Assembly: GCA_965649825.1 (NCBI GenBank)
Contig: OZ287697.1
Span: 1,660,351 to 1,724,350, forward strand
Source of the DNA: Penicillus capitatus
Lineage: Eukaryota > Plantae > Chlorophyta
Length of the DNA stretch: 64,000 bases
Direction: 5' to 3'
Below are positions 10,949-23,100 of this stretch, piece by piece. Position 1 is the stretch's first letter. The number at the start of each line of letters is the position of its first letter. Under the pieces are notes generated by a model, which saw only the letters and a program-made list of their open reading frames with translations, ran no database searches and was not told the DNA's origin. Both the position numbers and the translations under genes were made by a program.

Positions 10949-13900
10949 TTATATGCCGGAACAGATGCTGGAAAGGTCATCAAACTTCGAAAACCCCATG
11001 AACTCAGCCACACTTCGAATCTTGAAGTGCAACCAGATCCTCAGGACATATAACGTTCTAGCATCGGAATCTACGATAATTTCGGTCGCTCTCAAGGAAA
11101 GTCTGACATAGGCAACAAAGTAATTGAAAAGAAACGAAACGAAAATGACAAGAGAAATAATGTTAAGGAGAACACACAGAACTGATATGGCTAAGCGACC
11201 AACGTCAACAGTGAGACTCTCACTCTTCAGCATGGCTGCAAGCAGTGTTGTCAGGAGCGACACGAACAGAGAGAATATGTCGATTCTGTTTAGCTCATCG
11301 AAGCTCTGCCTGTAAGGCATTGCCACAATCTGCGCACCCATGGCGAGGGTCAAAAACACGGCTGCTCCAGAGATGGGCAGTGAGCTGTCAAAACGATGAC
11401 TGCAAAACACCAGGAAGGCGATCCCTGCCTTCCTTGCAACAATCGCAACCTCCCAGTACCTACGATGTCCGTGTCTGTAGCTGCGGTAGAGGAATCCAGT
11501 GCTCTGGTAGATCCAGCTGTCGGTGTCGTCCAGCTGCTCTTCTGAGGATCCGAGGATGACGATGAAGGCGATCAGCAGCCCGCCGTAGACGAGGAAGACG
11601 AACGACGCGATCAGAATCACCAGCATTAGGTGATCCCCTTCGAAGCACCTGAGACTGGTGTCCACGGCCCAGAAGCTGATCATCTCTCCTTCCGTCACAT
11701 CCATGATCTCGGCATCATTCTCCCCAGTCGCATCCAGAGTGTTGTAGGCATCAACGCAGAGGACAGTGCTGAGAGTCGTCTTGATCACCGGAACAGAAGT
11801 GACATACCAGAGAGCCATTAGAGACAGCAGAGATCTCTGCATGACGTAGCGGATCGGCCGATTGATTCGATGGAATAGCAACGCAACTGCCATCCAGAAC
11901 ACCACGAGCAGCAGGAACACAGATGCAGGGACAAGACAGACGCTGACGATAGAAGCCCATACGGTTGGATGCAGTGACTGGTCTTCTCTGTCCAAACACA
12001 CGACAGAACGTCGGATGCTGTCCACTGCGAGTCCTCCGAAGAACTCTGCACAGCACACGGCGATAGAGGGTAGATACAGATCGTCGGTTTCTATGGATGT
12101 GTACCTGCTATCTTTGCCATGACAAGTATAGGGACAGCCCATCCAACATCCAGTGATGCGATCAGCACTGTCATCTGAATGTAGTTTAGCATTATCTGCA
12201 GCAAAGACTGTCAGTTTCACTAAGTCTACAGAATTTCTTCGGACTTTGAATATCTCGACCGCTTTCCACTGTCCCAGGGTCACTTCGGCGACGGTCAGCC
12301 CTACTTGAATATCATCCGTGTCTTGAATCATAAGCGAGTTCTCCTGGGACGCCTGTCTCTCAGACGTCTCTGCCTCGGCTGGAAGCGAAAGCTCTCTGAG
12401 CTGAATACTGCGGGGAACTCTTCGATGGCCGGAAAGCATCGCCCGTCTGTTGCTAAAGGTACTCAGTGTCCCTCTGATCGTAACACCGGACAAGACAAGC
12501 AGGATCACTGCCGCAGAGCAAATCGTCAAAACATTGCCAAATGTCGTCGGGCATTCTTCGCATCTGGAAGACACGGAGGATCCATACGAGGTGTTGCATG
12601 CTCCACAGAGAGGACCGGTGTGGCCCTGAATCCAAGAACACAAAGACTCAGAAGATCAGAAGACCGACTAATCACTCACCTCAGCACACTGTTCTTGTTG
12701 ATACTCTTCAACTGTGGTCGCATTGATGCTGCAGCTCTTCATGTCTCTTGTCAGGTTTGTCAACGTCTCAACGCGGTTGTCGAATTTGCATGCATACGAG
12801 GTCAGGCACCTCGTAATGTTGACTGAGCAGGGCGACGCGTGCCAGTACCCATCATTCGGAATGATCACTCCTGTCGTACAGTTGCCATTCTCGGGACAGG
12901 GCTGACATTCTTCTCCTTCAGGGTCGAAGTTATAGGCAGAGGTGCTGCAGTTGCTGCAGATCTTGGTTTCACCGACAGGTACTTCTCCAATGGTGCAGTT
13001 TCGCACATGGACGGTAATGTTCAGCGAATCGATGACTTCTCTCTCATTGAATTGGCCACGAAAACTGTAACTGTCAATGAATCTAATTGTTATGTTGTAG
13101 ATGCCTGGAAGTCCAAAGCCGATCACGTGAGGAAACTTGGCCGTCTGTCCATCCACAGGCAAAGAAATGTTACCAACTTGAAACCCTTCTGATGTTGACA
13201 GTGTGGCAAGGATATCGGGGTTGCCCATTCTCGCCGGACCCTGCTTCAACTTATCCAAGAATTCCACCGTCACCCTTGGCAGTTGGTTACCACCGACATA
13301 GTCTCGAACTTCGAATCCTTTTCCACTCGAAACTTCTGTCTTCTCTCCCTTATACTCGACAGTCATCTTCGCCGTCGTGGCATCCGTAGCAACAACCTGC
13401 CCGTAGCTGCCGGCAGAATTGTTTCTCCATGCAGGACAGTAGGTCTCATCAATGGTGATACGACGGAAAGAACTCCAGTCCTTCTCTTCAAGAAATGTCA
13501 GATTGTCATTCCTGGATGACGACTTGCATTGGAATCTAATGCCTTGTAGACGGTTTGCAAAGATTGCCCCTCCACCGAAGATCGCACTGTTATTCTCGAA
13601 CTGAGTGTCGATGATTGTCACAGCAATGCATCCGTATTTCTTCTTCCAGCAGTTTCGACCGTAGCTTTCATATAGGAAAAGACCCCCTATAAAGCAAATC
13701 GATAAGGATGCTTCCTCACTGCTGATGTCAGTAGATTCACCTCCGGATTCTGCAGTATTGTTTAGTATTCTGCTCTCTTCTAATTGGGTAATAGACGTTC
13801 CACGTCGGTATCTAGTAATCGAGATGGCGCCTCCGCCTATGGTGCCACTAGACGAGACCGTGGCCGCGTTCGAAGCGAACAGACAGCCCGTGCAGAGAAA

Positions 13901-16264
13901 TTCAGAATGCCGTGCGTTTACTGCTCCGCCTCTCGTGTCTGCTGTGCAATTTGACACACTCAAGTCCTTTGCCTTGAAGATGGAAGCTTCTAAACTGATC
14001 GCTCCACCCTCTGAGCCTGCTGTGCAGCTAGATATATTAAAGTGCCTTGCCTCAAAGGTGGAATCGCTCAAGTAAATCGCTCCGCCATATCCCGCAGATC
14101 CATTTATCATCGTTGCATGTTTTACGAAAACTGAGCTCTTGCCAACCGCGTAGAGAAAGCCGCCTTCATATGGGAGATAACTTTGAGGACCAGCTCCATC
14201 CCTAAATCTGGAGTGATGAATAATCAGCGTCGAGCTGTTCGTAGAGATGGATCCTCCTGCGTCATGCGCCAAATTGTTCACAAATGTCACACTGAAGAAC
14301 CTTCCCACAGAGTTCTCACTCTGTTCAACGGCTCCTCCGCTATAACCGAAGCCATTCTTGAATACTGAGTCGCTCACGGTAAGGTTGGAATCCGAAGTGA
14401 TCAATATACTGCCGCCACCTCCGATTTCTGCACGATTTCCATCGGCAGTCAGTTCATTCCCTATGATGTGAGAGTCGACCGAACGGATTCCTCCTCCATG
14501 TTTTTCAGCACGGTTCGATAGAAATCTCGAGCTGTCGATTACTACTGACGCATTTCTGAAATACAGAGCGCCGCCTGAACGAGCTCCGTTTCCTTTTAGG
14601 ACAGAGTCGGTCATCTTCACTAAACGGGACCCATCCACGTGCAGACACCCTCCCTTCAAAGTAGCCTTGTTCTCGACACAGGTCATGTGTGTGACATTGA
14701 GTTCGGAATTCTGCGCATAGATTGCTCCACCAGACTTCTCAGCTCTGTTCCACGAAAAACGACAGGAGCTGATTGTCAAAGAACTTCTATTCCGGAGAGA
14801 GATGGTCCCGTCCATCTCAGCAGCATTGCCACGGAATTCACAATCCTCGAGAGTGATGTGCGACTCTTGTGCGTTGATGGCCACTCCGTAACTTGCTTCA
14901 TTCCTCTCGAAACTGCAATTGCGGATGAAAGCGGTTGCTTCTTTGAGATGGACGCAGGCACTGTTGGAATCGTCTCCTTCAACCGAATTCTTCGTGAAGT
15001 TGCCGTTTGACAGATTGAAAGAACCGCCTTCCATCTGCAAGATAGGGAAACTGTTCTCGGAAGCCTTGATCCCGTCAGCAGATGTCGAGGACTGAGCAGG
15101 CATCCAAACGATTGCCGAACGGGAAGATATAGATAACATTGGTCGATTCTGTCTAATGGTGATATTATGGAGTGTGTTCTGTTTTGCCAGAAGAAGACCA
15201 CAGACTCCATTGCAGGTGTTCCTCTGAAAGTCGAAGTCTTCAATCTCCAGTTTTGAGCAGGATGAAGCATTTGCTTGGATGGCCACTGCTCCGCCAAAGA
15301 AACGATTCTCTCTGAACCCGATGTGATGCAGTCGGATGGTTCCGATGGCGTGTTCAGAGGCACACTTCTCGACGCTGATGATGGACTCCAATGCACCAGA
15401 CACGACGAATAGACATCCTTTCACAACAAGGTCTGTCAGAGTGACATTAGTGGTACTAAAAACAGATGCGTTTAACGTCATCAAGCCAGGTGGAGTATGC
15501 ACTTACCGTAGAGAAAACAGTCCTTCGTTCATCTGCGGACAGGTGAGGATGGTTCGCTTTTCAGAGGCTGAAATCTCGACGTTGTCCTGCTCTCCTCCCG
15601 GGACGTAGCCGTGTATCGTCAGTGGCCATGGGATGACAGTGCGAGAGGGTGGACGGATAGTTTTTGAAGTGTCGAGCAGCAGAACATCTCCCGGTCGAGA
15701 ACAGTTGACGACGAGCTGAAGGTCGTCCTCTATCTCTTCGAGTACTGCCGAGTTGAGCAGCCACTCTCGCGTGGCAGCATTCAGATAACGGCGACGCTGC
15801 GCCGTTGAAAGACGACAGGAGGCCCCTGTCCAAAACACGACAACACAGTCATTGACATGACGTGACGTGGCTGCGAATGGGACGAACCTGCTGTCGCCTC
15901 AGCGTCTAGGTTCACCTGGCGAAGGGTGCGCACATCGCTTCTTCCCTAGGCGCCGAAAGACGACCCTCTCCGCGCTGCTTGTGCCGAGAGGTGGACATAC
16001 CGGAAGCGGTAGGGCTGTCTTGAATGGTACAGATTTGGTACTTGGAACGGGCATAACAGGCTTGTCATCCACTTCTGCGAAGCCAATAGCGAAGCACTGT
16101 GTTGCCAACAAAGCAGTAGTAATTAAAGCCATGATCTTGCCGGCAGGCGCTGTTGTCAGTGCATGCCTTGTCTGTGTTAACCCTGGGTCCGTTGATGCGC
16201 TTTCGGCGACAACGCCGGAGTTCATACTCATAACCGAAAGAACTGGTTCTGTCTTCGCTTTCAT
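10949..16264 (-). CDS. Receptor-like paralogue A: signal peptide + Pmp-like beta-helix repeats + stalk + Cys-rich region + multi-pass TM domain
   Basis: Many GGA[ILV]…FxxN repeats in ORF 12668..15502; CxxC/CP..G.C…GYW Cys-rich stalk; about 8 hydrophobic segments with a YWEVAIVARK motif in 10949..12643. A consistent GT/GC-AG splice model gives an uninterrupted frame. Confidence 0.8.
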
Positions 16265-16789
16265 GTTGTTTGAGATGCAGTGGCTGCGACTTCTGCAGTG
16301 TACTCGGTCGATGCGAAACGAATGGCTGTTGCAAAGTGCAGATTTCTCTTGACACGACTGGACCATCGGCATCGGCACAATAGCGACAGCACATGACGGT
16401 ATCTGTACCTAGTGCGTTGTAGCATTTCATCGCTGTCCACATGCTATTCAACGCGCTGAGATCACGTCCACCTCCTGTTCTGTGGCCAAACCGAAACTGG
16501 GGTAAACGGTAGCGGCGCAGGCGACGTAGACAGGCGAACCCAGTTTTGAGCATACGCCCGTCTGGTGTCGACAGTCGGTAGCAACAATGGTCGCCTCGAC
16601 CGTCATCTAACTGAAAGCCTTGTCCCTCGTCTGATGGTGACCTTTCTGTCTCGACACACGCACTCGGTTAGAGGTCTATTTCTCTGAAGCACGGCCCGAC
16701 GATTTAGCATCGAATTTTTCACACGCTTCGTGCTGTTGTCCCCAACAGTACCGAAGATACTCCATGGCGTACTGGGATCGGGTCGAGTC

Positions 16790-17899
16790 GTGAACCTGGA
16801 TCCCGCTGACAGAACTTCGCGGCCTCTGCGAAGTCAGTCTTCCTGGATCGCTGTTGAAAAACGGGAGCAATCAGATCATGTTTCCCTCGACGTCGGTGAC
16901 CAAGCTGATAGTGGACGACTCGGGTCCGAGATGCGCATCAGTGGTCGATGTGAGATACCCTTCGCAGCCAGCTCCACTTTCGCTGACCGCTCTTCTGTCT
17001 TCAGGATACTTCTTGCTATGCCGCCACCGTCCGGTCTTTGAGTCGCATCTGGAGCAGTTCTTGCTGCTTGAGACAATGTGGGCGTCGCTGCAGACGTTTG
17101 GCCAACTGAAGGCGCTCAGGTTGTTGTTTGTCGGTGCATAGGATGCAGTCACGACAGTCTATTCTCCGCAGCACTTCCGTCGTCAAATTCATCGTCAGTT
17201 TGCAAGATCTCGGTCTGGAGATCAGTGGCCGCGGCAGCGAACTGAGAATCGGCGACAAGTCCTTCCGTTCCCTAACAAACCTGCAAGCGCTTTATCTGAT
17301 CATTACCCCATTCTTTGAGTTCAGGACTGCTTCTGTTTGCGTCTCGCACTTGACGCGCCTGACTTCGCTGGCCCTAGCTGGAGTATCGATCAGAGGAGGC
17401 ATCGATACTCTCGACGAACTGGTGTATCTTTCCCTCAGACGTCTGCCACAGCCGTTCAAGGATCTGAACAAGGCACTCATGCAGACGACTAAACTGACGG
17501 AGTAGTAGTTTATCATCAAGACTATGCCGAACTGTGTTCTCAGTCGCTTGAAGAATCTGAGACGGCTGACGCTGGTGACGGAAACCGAGGTGGATCGTAG
17601 ACTCTGCCAATCCCTCGCGACGTTGCCTGAGCTGACAAACTTCTTTTCTGGAGCATGTCGAAACGAAACAAACCGAACGATTTCCGAATGCAGTTCGTCC
17701 TGCTGACGCAGCTCCAGGAACTCAGACTTCGCTGCGGCCCAGACATCAGACCAGACTTCGATATCCTCGGTCTCTTCGGGTACGGGACATCCCTCGGCTC
17801 AGGCATCTGGCGATAAGATCGCCGACGCTGCCAGACGGAGAAGAACAAGTTTTGTTTAGCAGATTTCCGTGTTTGCGAACCTACAAAGCAATGCGATAG
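16790..17899 (+). pseudogene. 5'-truncated, frameshifted copy of the F-box-like/LRR gene at 30974..32609
   Basis: Long near-identical stretches with 31500..32609. The F-box-like N-terminus is absent. There is a 1-nt loss at ttgagtcgcatc (vs ttgagtctgcatc, about 17045) and in-frame TAG TAG at about 17503 where the intact copy reads ELQFMEQ. Confidence 0.8.
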
Positions 17900-20299
17900 G
17901 TCCGCTTCAAGAACAGAGACCATCATGACGCTGTTCCTTTCTTGGTCTCTATCAATGAGATATCCTGTACATTTGGCAAGGTTATCAGCCTCTCGAGTAT
18001 CAACTACTGGACAGTATTTATATGTTGTGTCCTGTTTGACAGTCAGCAAAGAGTGCTAAGCTTTGTTGATCTAACAGAGCAAGATGCGTTCTTTTTTGTC
18101 CTTTGACTATTCCATTCTGTGACACCGCTCGCGTTCAGTGAAGTCATTATGCCTCCCTGACGACACAATGTAGTTAGTTATTGATCGAGGCACAGGTGAT
18201 GAGGGAAGTGCACCTGCAAGGACACCGAGCACCACTCCTTTCGCACGAGTCGAAGAGAAAGGAGGCATTCGTTTGACTGCGCGATAGAATGGCTCTTTGC
18301 CACGGCAGCTAATAGTGGCCGTTCTGCAGCACCAGTGTCAACGAGCAAAACAAGACGGAAACTAGAACTCTGAGATGCTCGCAATTGAATCCGTGACATC
18401 GAATGCCATCACGCGTCTTCTCTGCTGGGGCAGGTCACAGAACGCCTGAGACGCGAGCAGAGTCCTTTATTGATGCTCTGAACGAAGATGCTCAATGTTC
18501 TGCAAAATGGAGATGTTCAAGAACGAAGGTGCCCTGTCATCGCTTAATTGCTATCGGATCCGCCGACAACTCTATTTGCTTCGAGATCAAAGAACAGGCG
18601 AACGGAGACACGAGATCGGGAGTACCTTTGCAAACGGATCCATTTAAGCGAAGAAGTCTTCCGCTTAGTATACCATACATACGACGGATGCCTCGGAGCC
18701 AGCAAAAATACATGCAGCAGATATCAATCATATTTCGGGCAGAATCTGTCTAAAACAAAAGAAAAGAGTGCAACTGCTGTTATCAGTCAGTCGCTGGCGA
18801 TTCTGCGATTGCGAGAGGATATCTATTCGACATGTGCACGCAATGTGCACGCAAGGTGTTGAGTTACCAGTTGCTCTGCGCTGATGCTCGAACTGCAAGC
18901 CATTCAGTGCGCCTTGTTGAAATGCAATGTGCGTTTAAGGAGAAACGACCGGCGACACTCCAGTGAGTAGACGAGCATTTCAGCAGTGGCGGACAATCTG
19001 CACAGCTTCATCTTCGATTCTGTTCACGCGTTTCTTGGTCTGTCCTTGGGGGATCAACACGTGTGCACGCGTCGCGCCCACCAGTCATCGCTCGTGTTGA
19101 CGACACGACTGCAGTGCCGAAGAGACAAGCAAGCTGGCTGTCTCTTCGATGTCGAGCGCCGGAGGTATAATGCCGAAGACGAGAGGCTCCGTATTGATAT
19201 CTCGTCTATGCTCACAGGCTTGAACACACGTCGACGGCCATCTCGAAGGCGGGCGTCTCCCTCCCTGCACGCGCCTTACGTAACGACGCCGTTTGCCGAA
19301 TTCATCGGTTTGTCACGAACAAGTCGTTCTGCGGCTGCTTGCATATTCTTGACGAGGACTAAGATCTCCGTCGCCGAACTTCGGCAGCGGCGTTTGGACG
19401 ACGCAGACGGTAGCCATGGTATAGGCGTGGTTCACCGATAGACGTTCTTCATCACTCATGAACGCAAGGCTGACAAGACGCGTATGTCTAATGGACTGCG
19501 CATACAAAGGGAGATACAAACGTTCCGTCATCGCGTTTGACGAAAGTCGGCGCGCTCGCAAGTGGGATCCCCATCAAAACGTAAATCGCCTTTCCAGCCG
19601 ACAGCCCATTCGCCGGCCGATTTCGACTTTCTTCGTATTCACCTTTCGAGCTTCGCCGACGCGTTTCGCGGAAATCGTTGAAAAATGCTTTGTGTGAGAC
19701 TAGCTTTTCTGGCGGCCCTGCTGCTCGTCTTCGTCCACCAGGTGAGCATCATACTTATTAGAGCAAAAGCTATCGACGGACCGGCCGACACCGTTTTGTT
19801 CGCAGGGAAGCGCTTATCGTCCTTCTCCTGACTCGCGCGAGACAAATCCTTGTTTCGCGAAGAACGCGGCAAAGAATTCGGATTATTACTTCCCGGTTTG
19901 TCGAACGCAGCCAATGCCGAGCTCCATAATTACTCTGCCAAAGAACCTCGCTTACGAACAACCCTCCGTCAAAGAATCCGACGGTAAGCAACGTTTCCGA
20001 CGCGGTGACGTTGTATTGCGTCACGCTGTAGCCGCCAATGATGAAGGCGAAACAGTCGACGTCGATACGAAGACCTGACGCGACATACGTCGTTCAGTAG
20101 TCATGCAGCTGGGCCATAGGTGCGTGTTCTCGCTTCTGTCAGTTCTCAGGTGACAGTGCTTCTCCAGGCTGTTGCTGCACGCACAAACACTTTTCACTTT
20201 CTCTGCCGTGCCAGTCCTTTAAGATGACTGGCGTCCTCTGTCGTACATTTTTACGTTTTTAATGAGTTCGACTGAACCGGACGGGGCCTGTGGGAGTGA

Positions 20300-23100
20300 T
20301 GTTTACTGGTTGCCGTCTAAACGATGAAGCATGATTCGTCAAGGATTTGTACGATCGTTCTTTCTCGAATCCATCTACCACTGTCTATTTATCAAATACA
20401 GCTCCGCTCTTCTGTTTGAGGTCGAATCTAAATGTGCGCGTCGACCCGAAACTCTCTTACAGAGAACGACTCATTGTATACTAGACATTCACATTCACCA
20501 AAGGAGTGTCCAGTCTCCTTGATCCGCAGACATCTTTTGAGAGAATACCGTACAGTGCATTCATTCCGAACGTGCGTTTGGAAGATTCTCTTCCGGACTA
20601 TACGCGGCAAATATCACTAAAATGTGTTCCGTAGGAATCCGCAGCGAGGGTGGTGTTTTACCGTCGGTCGCTTTGGGCATCGGATTGCTGTCGAACGCGT
20701 TTCGCTCTCGACGTGTCGTCATTCTTGGCCTTGATAAAAGTGCGAGCCTAGGAGACGAGTACAGGAGTGAGGTTTTCGCTCTGGTGTGTTTTCAGCTTCC
20801 GTCTTAAGCGCCCGAATTCACAAAACTCCGTGTGTTCTTGATCCACAGGAATCGTGCGCTCGCTAGTCAAGAAGCCAAAGACATCGAATTTGAAAACATC
20901 GCATCAGAAGGTAGACCACTTTCTCAGCATTTGCTGGCGGTTGAAATATTTTACCTTGCATAGTTGTTCGTCAGTGAGTCGTTTAGGCAATGCTTCAGTG
21001 AGCGGGGAAATCGTTTTTTAATAGAGTCGTCGCCGAATACCCAGTCTTTAACGTCGTCTTGCTACACTACAGACAATCCCAGGAGAATTTGTTGGTGTGA
21101 GGAATCGAGGTTGGCATTTAAGAATATCTGCGGTGGTCAACGATGGCGGAAACACTCAAGGACCTCAGAGATGGTCACGGAGCGACCGAAGGGGCATGCA
21201 CTAATCGACCCCTGCTATCTCAATTGTAGAGTGTGACCTTGACAACTCGAGCAACCTATTCCGAATGCCGCAACGTGATATACAGACAACCTGGAAATGG
21301 CCGTCAGTGTGCAGAGTGACAACGACGAAGTGAGGTACTAGTTGAATCATTCTGCCTATTGCGCTATGAGCTGCTTTGCGCGAAGGTAAGGCGACCGAGC
21401 TATTGCGGTTTCTTTTGCATCGAACGAGTCGAGACCAGTCCGTGGCTACTATGTAAGAGGTGCCGACACTCATGAAGATCGAGCTCACTTGAACCCATAA
21501 AAGACGATACGGATTGGAAAAGTGTATCACATAAATGAGATCTGCCTTTTCATACTTTTGACTTGCCACCATTGTCGCAGCTACATTCGACGAAGACTTT
21601 CTTCGAATGCGCTTCGAGGTAGAACGTTAAAAAGTTGTAGAGTTGACGGATGTCCTGACTTCCAATGCCGCCTGTTGGGACCGTGTAATCGCTTCAGAGA
21701 AACTCGGAGTCGAGAGACGCGCGAACGACGTCGCAAACGATCTCAAATGATAGCACAGGAATACGAGAATGTTTACGAGAGGGATGTCAATCTTAAATAC
21801 CCACGGTGGTTGTGAGTTTCCTGACCTTACCATCCAACAGTCGAGAACCTCAAGGCATGTTCAAAAACCATCTCCCTATTGCTATGAGGAAGTTGACTCG
21901 AAGGCCAGCGCCCGTCGCGGATGATGGTCAGCGCGCCGAGGTGGTTACCATGACACCGAACCGCTTCCGACGGCTACGAACAACGGATTGGACATTTCCA
22001 ACACCGCTCATGTTTTACTCCATTCGTCCGTCCAACTTGTAGCAATGTGTGGAAGTTGCAATAACGCAATGTGACAGGTCAGTGAAGCAGTGCAAGATGG
22101 GTGCTTTGGGTAAAATCTAGCCTGTCACGCGAAGGTTCCTTCTACTTTGTCCTTCTACCTCTAAACTCCTCTGAAAACGGTGTAACGGTGCTGTTCTAAC
22201 ACAGTGCTGAACCTGCGCGTTTACTAGAGTATTCGTTTAGCCGTTGTAATGATCGAGCGATCTCCGGTAGTCCAGAATCAAGTGGAAGCACGTTTGTGTT
22301 GTTAAGCGATTCTTAACAGTACGTCAACGTGGCAAGATAGTAAAAAAGGGTAGGCAAGACAAGATATTTATAGGAGGCCAGATATACGAACCGATAGAGA
22401 GCAAGCATCGCGACTGCGTCGGACCGAATAACCACCAAGGCGCCTACAAGCCTTCGAGAGCGACTGGTTGATGACATTCTCGCAACTTCCGGATTACGGT
22501 AGGGCTGTTGCTTGAGAATTCGTGGTGCATCCCGACGGATAGAAACCAAGGTTACGATTCCATGACCACGTGGAGTATTTAAGGGCATCATTCCCTTGAT
22601 AACATATCTCATGTCTTTGCGTTGCAGTCGACTGCGTTCTCTTGCCGTTCTTTACGTTGCTTTCGATCCGACTTTCTTTAAGTTGTTTAAACGGTCCCAA
22701 CGGTATTAGTGTCCAGCTCCGCTTCATTAAGGACCTCTCATGCAGCAAGCAGCACTTCACGTGTACTGCGAACCTCAAATGAGGATACCTGTTAAGTATA
22801 ATCTTCTGAATGCCTTCAACACTGACAGAGAGCCTTAAGCGCAACCATTGTTGTGATATTCCGCATTATAAAGGGAGGATTTGGATGACATAATTGTAAT
22901 TGCGGTTCACGGCATTGTAGCGAACGTCGAAAACGCACGTCGCTACTCAACGAATGGTCCTCAGGGAGGTTTTAACGTTAACGTTGCACCATCCATCATC
23001 AAACAAAAATTCAGAGGTAGCAAAGTTGTGTCGGAGATGAAGAGGCGACTACCTCGCTTCCTCGAGTTCCGTGCATAGTTGTGCAACAACTTGTAAGTAA
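20300..23100 (-). mobile_element. Highly degenerate Ty3/gypsy-like LTR-retrotransposon pol relic (PR-RT-RH-INT order); LTRs not found
   Basis: Interrupted minus-strand peptides occur in gypsy order. Protease-like WTLIPLGPFKQL; RT-start ILKQQPYRNPE; TAPLHRFQRSLE (cf. NAPATFQR); VFLCYHLRSFATSFARLSTP (cf. FLGL..YYRRFI..FA..A.PL); RNase H YIVATDW (cf. F.V.TDH); integrase AAYSPEEN…SE*M (cf. TAYHPQ.NG..ER) and DQGDW…YNES. Matches were judged by eye. Confidence 0.55.

Noticed and set aside
10949-12643. 564-aa single-exon ORF (also 51106..52722) taken at face value
   Set aside because: It reads through two introns whose lengths happen to sum to a multiple of 3. The true middle exon (IMLNYIQMTVLIASLDVGWAVP…) is in another frame, as seen in B, D and E.
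15899-15901. Apparent premature TGA shared by receptors A (15899) and B (29508), suggesting pseudogenes or recoding
   Set aside because: It is the wrong frame. With introns gtatgt…cctag and gttcgt…gacag removed, exon 2 reads GRSDVRTLRQVNLDAEATAG, matching the exon structure in C and D.
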